Origin: the human T2T-CHM13v2.0 reference genome, Homo sapiens
Direction: 5' to 3'
DNA length: 64,000 nt
NCBI GenBank assembly: GCA_009914755.4
Contig: CP086569.2
Span: 61,344,001 to 61,408,000 of the forward strand
Positions 13,791 through 28,010 of the stretch are shown here, one piece after another. Each line of letters starts with the position of its first letter. The stretch's first letter is position 1. The notes under the pieces are model-generated. The model worked only from the letters and a program-made list of their open reading frames with translations, searched no databases and was not told the DNA's origin. The position numbers were made by a program, and so were the translations under genes.

Positions 13791-16700
13791 AAGGAGTCCA
13801 TTCCATTCTATCTCAACACTTTCCATTCCACTCTGTTCGAGTCCAGTCCATTTAATTCAAGGGCATTCCATTCCATTCCATTCCATTCCATTTCATATTA
13901 TTCCATTCCATTCAATTCCATTCCAGATGATTCCATTCCATTCTATGCCATTGCTCTCTGTTCCATTCCGTTCCATCTGTCTCCATTCCTTTCGTTTCGA
14001 TTCCTTTCCATTCCATTCCATTACATTTGATCCTATTTTATTAAATTGCATTCTATTCGAGTGATTTCCATTCGAGTCCTTTCCATTCGATTCCATTCCA
14101 TTCTATTCCATTCCTTTGGATTCCATTCCATTCCGTTCCGTTCACATCAATTCCTTGCGATTCCATTACATTCGATTTCTTGCCATTCGATTCGATTCCT
14201 TTTGACTCCATTTCATTCGATTACATTCCATTCCATTAATTTCCATTCCATTCGAGACCTTTCCATTGCAGTCTTTTCCCTTCGAGTCCATTCCGTTCGA
14301 TTCCCTTCCATTCGATTCCATTCCATTGGAGTCCGTACCAGTCGAGTCCATTCTATTCCAGTCCATTAGTTTCGACTCCATTGCATTCGAGTGCATTCCA
14401 TTCCGTGGCTGTCCATTCCATTCCGTTTGATGCCATTCCATACGATTCCATTCAATTCGAGACCATTCTATTCCTGTCCATTCCTTGTGGTTCGATTCCA
14501 TTTCACTCTACTCCATTCCATTCCATTCAATTCCATTCGACTCTATTCCGTTCCATTCAATTCCATTCCATTCGATTCCATTTTTTTCGAGAACCTTCCA
14601 TTACACTCCCTTCCATTCCAGTGCATTCCATTCCAGTCTCGTCAGTTCGATTCCATTCCATTCGTTTCGATTCCTTTCCATTCCAGCCCATTCCATTCCA
14701 TTCCATTCCTTTCCTTTCCGTTTCATTAGATTCCATTGCATTCGATTCCATTCAATTCAATTCCGTGCTATTCAATTTGATTCATTTCCATTTAATTCCA
14801 TTCCATTAGATTCGATTCCGTACGATTCCATTCCTTTTGAATCCATTCCATTGGAGTCCATTCACTTCCAGAACATTCCATTCCAGTCGAATCCATTCGA
14901 GTACATTCCATTAAAGTTCATTACATTCTAATACATTCCATTCCATTGCATTCCATTCCATTCCATTCGATGCCATTCGATTCCATTCCATGCCAAATCA
15001 TTGCATTCCTTTCCATTCCGTTCCTATCAATTCCATTACATTCGATTTAGTTCGATTCTATTCACTTCCATTCCATTCGATTCCATTCCATTGGAGTCAA
15101 TTCCTTTCGACACCCAGCCTTTCCAGTCAATGATTTTGGATTCCATTTTTTTGCATTCCATTACATTCTATGACATTCGATTCCGTTTCATTGCATTCCA
15201 TTCCATACATTTTTATTCCATTCGAGACCGTAGCATTCCACTTTATTCCAGGCCTGTCCATTACGCTACATTCCCTTCCATTCCAATGAATTCCATTCCA
15301 TTCCAATCCATTCCTTTCCTTTCGCTTGCATTCCATTCTATTCTCTTCTACTGCATACAATTTCACTCCATTCGTTCCCATTCCATTCAATTCCATTCCA
15401 TTCAATTCCATTCCATTTGTTTCCATTCTCTTCGATTCCATTTCTTTATATTCCATGCCATTCGACTCCATTCTATTGGATTGCATTGCATTCGTGTTCA
15501 TTCCATTCCAGACCATTCCATTTGTCTCCATTCCTTTCGAGCCCTTTCCATTTGAGTCCATTCCTTTCCAGTCCATTTCACTCCATTCCATTACTATCCA
15601 TTCCATCCCATTCCATCCCATTCCATTCCATTCCATTCCATTCCATGGCATTCCATTCCATTCCATTCCATTGCACTGCACTCCATTCCATTACATTCTA
15701 CTCTATTTGAGTCGATTTTATTGCATTAGATTCTATTCCATTGGATTACTTTCCATTCGATTACATTCCATTCAAGTACATTCCATTCCAGTCAATTACA
15801 TTCGAGTTCATTTCATTACATTCCAGTATATTCCATTGTATTCGGTCCCATTCCTTTCAATTCCATTTAATTCGACTCCATTATATTCGATTCCATTCCA
15901 CTCGAATCCATTCCATTAGAGGACATTCCATTCCAATGCATTCCATTCCATTCCATAGCATTCCATTGCATTCGATTCCATTCCATTTGATGCCATTCCA
16001 TTTGATGCCATTCCATGACATTCCATTCCATTCGTGTCCATTCCGTTCCAATTCATTCCATTCCATTTCATGAAATTCGAGTCCTTTCCAGTACATTTCA
16101 TTCCAATCCCATCCAATCCCATCTACTCCATTCAATTCCTTTCCATTCCATTTGATTTGATTCCATTGATTTGATTCCATTCAGTTTGATTCCATACCGT
16201 GAAATTTCGTTCCATTCTATTCCATTGCATTACTTTCCATTCAATTCCATTCCATTTCATTTCAGTCCATTCGCTTCCTTTCCTTTCGATTCAATTCCAT
16301 TTGATTCCACTCCATTCTATGCGATTTCATTCCAGTCGATTCAATTCCATTCGATGACATTCCTTTCGTATCCATTCCATTCGAGTCCATTCAATTTGAG
16401 CATTCGTGTCCATTCTATTCGAGTCCATTCCATTACCGTCTATTCTATTCCCTTCCATTCCTGTTGATTCAATTTCATTCCCTTCCGTTCGATTCCTTTC
16501 CATTCAATTCCATTCCTTTCCATTCCATTCCATTCGTTCCCTTTCCATGTGATTTCATTCCATTCCAGTCCATTATATTCGAGTCCACTCCACTCCATTC
16601 TATTACATTCAATTCCTTTTGAGTCCATTCCATAACACTTCATTCATTTCGATTCCATTTCTTGCCAGTTTTCTTCCATTTTATTCCATTCCGATCGATT

Positions 16701-17339
16701 CCATTCCATTCGATTGCATTCCATTCGAATCGTTTCCATTCCATTTCATTCCATTCCTTTCTATTCCATTCCATTTCATTCGATTTGATTCCATTCTGTT
16801 CTATTCCATTCAATTCTTTTTCATTCCATTCGAATCCTTTCTATTGCAGTCCATTCCATTCGAGTCCATTCCAATCCCTTCCATTGCATTCCATTACAGT
16901 CCATTCCAATAGATTCCATTCCTTTGCCTTCCATTCGAATCCATTCCATTCTAGTCCATTCCATTTGAGTCAATTCCATTCCATTCCATTCTATTCCTTT
17001 CCAATCCATTCGATTCCATTCGATTCAATTCCATTTGATTCTCTTTCATTCTATCTTATTCCATGACATTTGATTGCATTGCATTCCATTCCGTTTGGTT
17101 CCAGTCCATTCAAGAAAGTTCCATTCCAGTCCATTGCTTTCGAGTCCATTCCATTCCACTCTAGTCTATTCCACTCCATTCCTTTCCATTCCATTCCATA
17201 CTATTCCATTCCATTCCTTTGCATTCCGTTTCCAATCTATTCGAGTCCATTGCATTCCAGTCCAATCCATTCGATTACATTCCTTTTGATTCCCTGCCAG
17301 TCGATTGCATTGCATACTACACCATTCCAAATGAGTCCA
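13791..17339 (+). repeat. DYZ1-like HOR unit 5 (3,549 bp)
   Basis: Unit-start motif at 13791 and at 17340 (tccattctatctcaacactt). Confidence 0.75.
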
Positions 17340-20300
17340 TTCCATTCTATCTCAACACTTTCCATTCCACTCTGTTCGAGTCCATTCCATTCCAGTCCAT
17401 TTAATTCAAGGGCATTCCATTCCATTCCATTCCATTTCATATTATTCCATTCCATTCAATTACATTCTAGATGATTCCATTCCATTCTATACCATTGCTC
17501 TCTGTTCCATTCCATTCCATCTGTCTCCATTCCTTTTGTTTCGATTCCTTTCCATTCCATTCCATTACATTTGATCCTATTTTATTAAATTGCATTCTAT
17601 TCGAGTGATTTCCATTAGAGTCCTTTGCATTCGATTCCATTCCATTCTATTCCATTCCTTTGGATTCCATTCCATTCCGTTCCGTTCACATCAATTCCTT
17701 GCGATTCCATTACATTCGATTTCTTACCATTCGATTCCATTCCTTTTGCCTCCATTTCATTCGATTCCATTCCATTCCATTAATTTCCATTCCATTCGAG
17801 ACCTTTCCATTGCAGTCTTTTCCCTTCGAGTCCATTCCGTTCGATTCCCTTCCATTCGATTCCATTCCATTGGAGTCCGTACCAGTCGAGTCCATTCTAT
17901 TCCAGTCCATTAGTTTCGACTCCATTGCATTCGAGTGCATTCCATTCCGTGGCTGTCCATTCCATTCCGTTTGATGCCATTCCATACGATTCCATTCAAT
18001 TCGAGACCATTCTATTCCTGTCCATTCCTTGTGGTTCGATTCCATTTCACTCTAGTCCATTCCATTCCATTCAATTGCATTCGACTCTATTCCGTTCCAT
18101 TCAATTGCATTCCATTCGATTCCATTTTTTTCGAGAACTTTCCATTACACTCCCTTCCATTCCAGTGCATTCCATTCCAGTCTCTTCAGTTCGATTCCAT
18201 TCCATTCGTTTCGATTCCTTTCCATTCCAGCCCATTCCATTCCATTCCATTCCTTTCCTTTCCGTTTCATTAGATTCCATTGCATTCCATTCCATTCAAT
18301 TCAATTCCGTGCTATTCAATTTGATTCATTTCCATTTAATTCCATTCCATTAGATTCCATTGCGTACTATTCCATTCTTTTTGAATCCATTCCATTGGAG
18401 TCCATTTACTTCCAGAACATTCCATTCCAGTCGAATCCATTCGAGTACATTCCATTAAAGTTCATTACATTCTAATACATTCCATTCCATTGCATTCCAT
18501 TCCATTCCATTCGATGCCATTCGATTCCATTCCATGCCAAATCATTGCATTCCTTTCCATTCCGTTCCTATCAATTCCATTCCATTCGATTTACTTCGAT
18601 TCTATTCACTTCCATTCCATTCGATTCCATTCCATTGGAGTCAATTCCTTTCGACACCCAGCCTTTCCAGTCAATGATTTTGGATTCCATTTTTTTGCAT
18701 TCCATTACATTCTATGACATTCGATTCCGTTTCATTGCATTCCATTCCATACATTTTTATTCCATTCGAGACCGTATCATTCCACTTTATTCCAGGCCTG
18801 TCCATTACAATACATTCCCTTCCATTCCAATGAATTCCAATCCATTCCAATCCATTCCTTTCCTTTCGCTTGCATTCCATTCTATTCTCTTCTACTGCAT
18901 ACAATTTCACTCCATTCGTTCCCATTCCATTCAATTCCATTCCATTAAATTCCATTCCATTTGTTTCCATTCTCTTCGATTCCATTTCTTTATATTCCAT
19001 GCCATTCGATTCCATTCTATTGGGTTGCATTACATTCGTGTTCATTCCATTCCAGACCATTCCTTTTGACTCCATTCCTTTCGAGCCCTTTCAATTTGAG
19101 TCCATTCCTTTCCAGTCCATTTCATTCCAGTCCATTACTATCCATTCCATACCATTCCATCCCATTCCATTCCATTCCATTCCATTCCATTCCATTCCAT
19201 TGCATTCCATTCCATTCCATTCCATTGCACTGCACTCCATTCCATTACATTCTACTCTATCTGAGTCGATTTTATTGCATTAGATTCTATTCCATTGGAT
19301 TACTTTCCATTCGATTACATTCCATTCATGTACATTCCATTCCAGTCAATTACATTCGAGTTCATTACATTACATTCCAGTATATTCCATTGTATTCGAT
19401 CCCATTCCTTTCAATTCCATTTCATTCGACTCCATTATATTCGATTCCATTCCACTCGAATCCATTCCATTAGAGGACATTCCATTCCAATGCATTCCAT
19501 TCCATTCCATAACATTCCATTGCATTCGATTCCATTCCATTTGATGCCATTCCATTTGATACCATTCCATGACATTCCATTCCATTCGAGTCCATTCCGT
19601 TCCAATTCATTCCATTCCGTTTCATGAAATTCGAGTCCTTTCCAGTACATTTCATTCCAATCCCATCCAATCCAATCTACTCCATTCAATTCCTTTCCAT
19701 TCCATTTGATTTGATTCCATTGATTTGATTCCATTCAGTTTGATTCCATTCCGTGAAATTTCGTTCCATTCTATTCCATTGCATTAGTTTCCATTCAATT
19801 CCATTCCATTTCATTTCAGTCCATTCGCTTCCTTTCCTTTCGATTCAATTCCATTTGATTCCACTCCATTCTATGCGATTTCATTCCAATCGATTCAATT
19901 CCATTCGATGACATTCCTTTCGTTTCCATTCCATTCGAGTCCATTCAATTTGAGCATTACTGTCCATTCTATTCGAGTCCATTCCATTACCGTCTATTCT
20001 ATTCCCTTCCATTCCTGTTGATTCAATTTCATTCCCTTCCATTCGATTCCTTTCCATTCGATTCCATTCCTTTCCATTCCATTCCATTCGTTCCCATTCC
20101 ATGTGATTTCATTCAATTCCAGTCCATTATATTCGAGTCCACTCCACTCTATTCTATTACATTCAATTCCTTTTGAGTCCGTTCCATAACACTCCATTCA
20201 TTTCGATTCCATTTCTTGCCAGTTTTCTTCCATTTTATTCCATTCCGTTCGATTCCATTCCATTCGATTGCATTCCATTCGAATCCTTTCCATTCCATTT

Positions 20301-20888
20301 CATTCCATTCCTTTCTATTCCATTCCATTTCCTTCGATTTGATTCCATTCTGTTCTATTCCATTCAATTCTTTTTCATTCCATTCGAATCCTTTCTATTG
20401 CAGTCCATTACATTCGAATCCATTCCAATCCCTTCCATTCCATTCCATTACAGTCCATTCCGATAGATTCCATTCCTTTGCCTTCCATTCGAATCCATTC
20501 CATTCTAGTCCATTCCATTTGAGTCAATTCCATTCCATTCCATTCTATTCCTTTCCAATCCATTCGATTCCATTCGATTCAATTCCATTTGATTCTCTTT
20601 CATTCTATCTTATTCCATGCCATTTGATTGCATTGCATTCCATTCCGTTTGGTTCCAGTCCATTCAAGAAAGTTCCATTTCAGTCCATTGCTTTCGAGTC
20701 CATTCCATTCCACTCTAGTCTATTCCACTCCATTCCTTTCCATTCCATTCCATACTATTCCATTCCATTCCTTTGCATTCCGTTTCCAATCTATTCGAGT
20801 CCATTGCATTCCAGTCCAATCCATTCGATTACATTCCTTTTGATTCCCTGCCAGTCGATTGCATTGCATACTAGACCATTCCAAACGA
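17340..20888 (+). repeat. DYZ1-like HOR unit 6 (3,549 bp)
   Basis: Marker recurrence. The pentamer-run site near 17,401 has 4 ATTCC copies, whereas 8 of the 13 units have 5. Confidence 0.75.
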
Positions 20889-23800
20889 GTCAATTCCTTT
20901 CTATTTCAACAGTTTCCATTCCACTCTGTTCGATTCCATTCCATTGCAGTCCATTTAATTCAAGGGCATTCCATTCCATTCCTTTCCATTTCATATTATT
21001 CCATTCCATTCAATTCCATTCCAGATGATTCCATTCCGTTCTATACCATTGCTCTCTGTTCCATTCCATTCCATCTGTCTCCATTCCTTTCGTTTCGATT
21101 CCTTTCCATTCCATTCCATTACATTTGATCCTATTTTATTAAATTGCATTCTATTCGAGTGATTTCCATTCGAGTCCTTTCCATTCGATTCCATTCCATT
21201 CTATTCCATTCCTTTGGATTCCATTCCATTCCGTTCCGTTCACATCAATTCCTTGCGATTCCATTACATTCGATTTCTTGCCATTCGATTCCATTCCTTT
21301 TGACTCTATTTCATTCGATTCCATTCCATTCCATTAATTTCCATTCCATTCGAGACCTTTCCATTGCAGTCTTTTCCCTTCGAGTCCATTCCGTTCGATT
21401 CCCTTCCATTCGATTCCATTCCATTGCAGTCCGTACCAGTCGAGTCCATTCTATTCCAGTCCATTAGTTTCGACTCCATTACATTCGAGTGCATTCCATT
21501 CCGTGGCTGTCCATTCCATTCCGTTTGATGCCATTCCATACGATTCCATTCAATTCGAGACCATTCTATTCCTGTCCATTCCTTGTGGTTCGATTCCATT
21601 TCACTCTAGTCCATTCCATTCCATTCAATTCCATTCGACTCTATTCCGTTCCATTCAATTGCATTCCATTCGATTCCATTTTTTTCGAGAACCTTCCATT
21701 ACACTCCCTTCCATTCCAGTGCATTCCATTCCAGTCTCTTCAGTTCGATTCCATTCCATTCGTTTCGATTCCTTTCCATTCCAGCCCATTCCATTCCATT
21801 CCATTCCTTTCCTTTCCGTTTCATTAGATTCCATTGCATTCCATTCCATTCAATTCAATTCCGTGCTATTCAATTTGATTCATTTCCATTTAATTCCATT
21901 CCATTGGATTCCATTCCGTACGATTCCATTCCTTTTGAATCCATTCCATTGGAGTCCATTCACTTCCAGAACATTCCATTCCAGTCGAATCCATTGGAGT
22001 ACATTCCATTAAAGTTCATTACATTCTAATACATTCCATTCCATTGCATTCCATTCCATTCCATTCGATGCCATTCGATTCCATTCCATGCCAAATCATT
22101 GCATTCCTTTCCATTCCGTTCCTATCAATTCCATTCCATTCGATTTAGTTCGATTCTATTCACTTCCATTCCATTCGATTCCATTCCATTGGAGTCAATT
22201 CCTTTCGACACCCAGCCTTTCCATTCAATGATTTTGGATTCCATTTTTTTGCATTCCATTACATTCTATGACATTCGATTCCGTTTCATTGCTTTCCATT
22301 TCATACATTTTTATTCCATTCGAGACCGTAGCATTCCACTTTATTCCAGGCCTGTCCATTACACTACATTCCCTTCCATTCCAATGAATTCCATTCCATT
22401 CCAATCCATTCCTTTCCTTTCGCTTGCATTCCATTCTATTCTCTTCTACTGCATACAATTTCACTCCATTCGTTCGCATTCCATTCAATTCCATTCCATT
22501 CAATTCCATTCCATTTGTTTCCATTCTCTTCGATTCCATTTCTTTATATTCCATGCCATTCGATTCCATTCTATTGGATTGCATTACATTCGTGTTCATT
22601 CCATTCCAAACCATTCCATTTGACTCCATTCCTTTCGAGCCCTTTCAATTTGAGTCCATTCCTTTCCAGTCCATTTCACTCCAGTCCATTACTATCCATT
22701 CCATACCATTCCATCCCATTCCATTCCATTCCACTCCATTCCATTCCATTCCATTCCATTGCATTCCATTCCATTCCATTCCATTGCACTGCACTCCATT
22801 CCATTACATTCTACTCTATCTGAGTCGATTTTATTGCATTAGATTCTATTCCATTGGATTACTTTCCATTCGATTACATTCCATTCATGTACATTCCATT
22901 CCAGTCAATTACATTCGAGTTCATTACGTTACATTCCAGTATATTCCATTGTATTCGATCCCATTCCTTTCAATTCCATTTCATTCGACTCCATTATATT
23001 CAATTGCATTCCACTCGAATCCATTCCATTAGAGGACATTCCATTCCAATGCATTCCATTCCATTCCATAGCATTCCATTGCATTCGATTCCATTCCATT
23101 TGATGCCATTCCATTTGATGCCATGCCATGACATTCCATTCCATTCGAGTCCATTCCGTTCCAATTCATTCCATTCCGTTTCATGAAATTCGAGTCCTTT
23201 CCAGTACATTTCATTCCAATCCCATCCAATCCCATCTACTCCATTCAATTCCTTTCCATTCCATTTGATTTGATTCCATTGATTTGATTCCATTCAGTTT
23301 GATTCCATTCCGTGAAATTTCGTTCCATTCTATTCCATTGCATTACTTTCCATTCAATTCCATTCCATTTCATTTCAGTCCATTGGCTTCCTTTCCTTTC
23401 GATTCAATTCCATTTGATTCCACTCCATTCTATGCGATTTCATTCCAATCGATTCAATTCCATTCGATGACATTCCTTTCGTTTCCATTCCATTCGAGTC
23501 CATTTAATTTGAGCATTCGTGTCCATTCTATTCGAGTCCATTCCATTACAGTCTATTCTATTCCCTCCCATTCCTGTTGATTCAATTTCATTCCCTTCCA
23601 TTCGATTCCTTTCCATTCGATTCCATTCCTTTCCATTCCATTCCATTCGTTCCCATTCCATGTGATTTCATTCCATTCCAGTCCATTATATTCGAGTCCA
23701 CTCCACTCCATTCTATTACATTCAATTCCTTTTGAGTCCGTTCCATAACACTCCATTCATTTCGATTTCATTTCTTGCCAGTTTTCTTCCATTTTATTCC

Positions 23801-24452
23801 ATTCCGTTCGATTCCATTCCATTCGATTGCATTCCATTCGAATCCTTTCCATTCCATTTCATTCCATTCCTTTCCATTCCATTCCATTTCATTCGATTTG
23901 ATTCCATTCTGTTCTATTCCATTCAATTCTTTTTCATTCCATTCGAATCCTTTCTATTGCAGTCCATTCCATTCGAGTCCATTCCAATCCCTTCCATTCC
24001 ATTCCATTACAGTCCATTCCAATAGATTCCATTCCTTTGCCTTCCATTCGAATCCATTCCATTCTAGTCCATTCCATTTGAGTCAATTCCATTCCATTCC
24101 ATTCTATTCCTTTCCAATCCATTCGATTCCATTCGATTCAATTCCATTTGATTCTCTTTCATTCTATTTTATTCCATGCCATTTGATTGCATTGCATTCC
24201 ATTCCGTTTGATTCCAGTCCATTCAAGAAAGTTCCATTCCAGTCCATTGCTTTCCAGTCCATTCCATTCCACTCTAGTCTATTCCAATCCATTCCTTTCC
24301 ATTCCATTCCATACTATTCCATTCCATTCCTTTGCATTCCGTTTCCAATCTATTCGAGTCCATTGCATTCCAGTCCAATCCATTCGATTACATTCCTTTT
24401 GATTCCCTGCCAGTCGATTGCATTGCCTACTAGACCATTCCAAAGGAGTTCA
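20889..24452 (+). repeat. DYZ1-like HOR unit 7 (3,564 bp)
   Basis: Marker recurrence 20991 -> 24555. Confidence 0.8.
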
Positions 24453-27400
24453 TTCCATTCTATCTCAACACTTTCCATTCCACTCTGTTTGAGTCCATTC
24501 CTTTCCAGTCCATTTAATTCAAGGGCATTCCATTCCATTCCATTCCATTCCATTTCATATTATTCCATTGCATTCAATTCCATTCCAGATGATTCCATTC
24601 CGTTCTATACCATTGCTCTCTGTTCCATTCCATTCCATCTGTCTCCATTCCTTCCGTTTCGATTCCTTTCCATTCCATTCTATTACATTTGATCCTATTT
24701 TATTAAATTGCATTCTATTCGAGTGATTTCCATTCGAGTCCTTTCCATTCGATTCCATTCCATTCTATTCCATTCCTTTGGATTCCATTCCATTCCGTTC
24801 CGTTCACATCAATTCCTTGCGATTCCATTACATTCGATTTCTTGCCATTCGATTCCATTCCTTTTGACTCCATTTCCTTCGATTCCATTCCATTCCATTA
24901 ATTTCCATTCCATTCGAGACCTTTCCATTGCAGTCTTTTCCCTTCGAGTCCATTCCGTTCGATTCCCTTCCATTCGATTCCATTCCATTGGAGTCCGTAC
25001 CAGTCGAGTCCATTCTATTCCAGTCCATTAGTTTCGACTCCATTGCATTCGAGTGCATTCCATTCCGTGGCTGTCCATTCCATTCCGTTTGATGCCATTC
25101 CATACGATTCCATTCAATTCGAGACCATTCTATTCCTGTCCATTCCTTTTCGTTCGATTCCATTTCACTCTAGTCCATTCCATTCCATTCAATTCCATGC
25201 GACTCTATTCCGTTCCATTCAATTCCATTCCATTCGATTCCATTTTTTTCGAGAACCTTCCATTACACTCCCTTCCATTCCAGTGCATTCCATTCCAGTC
25301 TCTTCAGTTCGATTCCATTCCATTCGTTTCGATTCCTTTCCATTCCAGCCCATTCCATTCCATTCCATTCTTTCCTTTCCGTTTCGTTAGATTCCATTGC
25401 ATTCGATTCCATTCAATTCAATTCCGTGCTATTCCATTTGATTCATTTCCATTTAATTCCATTCCATTAGATTCCATTCCGTTCGATTCCATTCCTTTTG
25501 AATCCATTCCATTGGAGTCCATTCACTTCCACAACATTCCATTCCAGTCGAATCCATTCGAGTACATTCCATTAATGTTCATTACATTCTAATACATTCC
25601 ATTCCATTGCATTCCATTCCATTCCATTTGATGCCATTCGATTCCATTCCATGCCAAATCATTGCATTCCTTTCCATTCCGTTCCTATTAATTCCATTCC
25701 ATTCGATTTAGTTCGATTCTATTCACTTCCATTCCATTCGATTCCATTCCATTGCAGTCAATTCCTTTCGACCCCCAGCCTTTCCAGTCAATGATTTTGG
25801 AGTCCATTTTTTTGCATTCCATTACATTCTATGACATTCGATTCCGTTTCATTGCATTCCATTCCATACATTTTTATTCCATTCGAGACCGTAGCATTCC
25901 ACTTTATTCCAGGCGTGTCCATTACACTACATTCCCTTCCATTCCAATGAATTCCATTCCATTGCAATCCATTCCTTTCCTTTCGCTTGCATTCCATTCT
26001 ATTCTCTTCTACTGCATACAATTTCACTCCATTCGTTCCCATTCCATTCAATTCCATTCCATTCAATTCCATTCCATTTGTTTCCATTCTCTTCGATTCC
26101 ATTTCTTTATATTCCATGCCATTCGATTCCATTCTATTGGATTGCATTACATTCGTGTTCATTCCATTCCAGACCATTCCATTTGACTCCATTCCTTTCG
26201 AGCCCTTTCAATTTGAATCCATTCTTTTACAGTCCATTTCATTCAAGTCCATTACTATCCATTCCATACCATTCCATCCCATTCCATTCCATTCCATTCC
26301 ATTCCATTCCATTCCATTCCATTGCATTCCATTCCATTCCATTCCATTGCACTGCACTCCATTCCATTACATTCTACTCTATCTGAGTCGATTTTATTGC
26401 ATTAGATTCTATTCCATTGGATTACTTTCCATTCGATTACATTCCATTCATGTACATTCCATTCCAGTCAATTACATTCGAGTTCATTACATTACATTCC
26501 AGTATATTCCATTGTATTCGATCCCATTCCTTTCAATTCCATTTCATTCGACTCCATTATATTCGATTCCATTCCACTCGAATCCATTCCATTAGAGGAC
26601 ATTCCATTCCAATGCATTCCATTCCATTCCATAGCATTCCATTGCATTCGATTCCATTCCATTTGATGCCATTCCATTTGATGCCATTCCATGACATTCC
26701 ATTCCATTCGAGTCCATTCCGTTCTAATTCATTCCATTCCGTTTCATGAAATTCGAGTCCTTTCCAGTACATTTCATTCCAATCCCATCCAATCCAATCT
26801 ACTCCATTCTATTCCTTTCCATTCCATTTAATTTGATTCCATTGATTTGATTCCATTCAGTTTGATTCCATTCCGTGAAATTTCGTTCCATTCTATTCCA
26901 TTGCATTACTTTCCATTCAATTCCATTCCATTTCATTTCAGTCCATTCGCTTCCTTTCCTTTCGATTCAATTCCATTTGATTCCACTCCATTCTATGCGA
27001 TTTCATTCCAATCGATTCAATTCCATTCGATGACATTCCTTTCGTTTCCATTCCATTCGAGTCCATTCAATTTGAGCATTCGTGTCCATTCTATTCGAGT
27101 CCATTCCATTACCGTCTATTCTATTCCCTTCCATTCCTGTTGATTCAATTTCATTCCCTTCCATTCGATTCCTTTCCATTCGATTCCATTCCTTTCCATT
27201 CCATTCCATTCGTTCCCATTCCATGTGATTTCATTCCATTCCAGTCCATTATATTCGAGTCCACTCCACTCCATTCTATTACATTCAATTCCTTTTGAGT
27301 CCGTTCCATAACACTCCATTCATTTCGATTCCATTTCTTGCCAGTTTTCTTCCATTTTATTCCATTCCGTTCGATTCCATTCCATTCGATTGCATTCCAT

Positions 27401-28010
27401 TCGAATCCTTTCCATTCCATTTCATTCCATTCCTTTCTATTCCATTCCATTTCATTCGATTTGATTCCATTCTGTTCTATTCCATTCAATTCTTTTTCAT
27501 TCCATTCGAATCCTTTCTATTGCAGTCCATTCCATTCGAATCCATTCCAATCCCTTCCATTCCATTCCATTACAGTCCATTCCGATAGATTCCATTCCTT
27601 TGCCTTCCATTCGAATCCATTCCATTCTAGTCCATTCCATTTGAGTCAATTCCATTCCATTCCATTCTATTCCTTTCCAATCCATTCGATTCCATTCGAT
27701 TCAATTCCATTTGATTCTCTTTCATTCTATCTTATTCCATGCCATTTGATTGCATTGCATTCCATTCCGTTTGGTTCCAGTCCATTCAAGAAAGTTCCAT
27801 TCCACTCCATTGCTTTCGAGTCCATTCCATTCCACTCTAGTCTATTCCAATCCATTCCTTTCCATTCCATTCCATACTATTCCATTCCATTCCTTTGCAT
27901 TCCGTTTCCAATCTATTCGAGTCCATTGCATTCCAGTCCAATCCATTCGATTACATTCCTTTTGATTCCCTGCCAGTCGATTGCATTGCATACTAGACCA
28001 TTCCAAACGA
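24453..28010 (+). repeat. DYZ1-like HOR unit 8 (3,558 bp)
   Basis: Marker recurrence 24555 -> 28113. Confidence 0.8.
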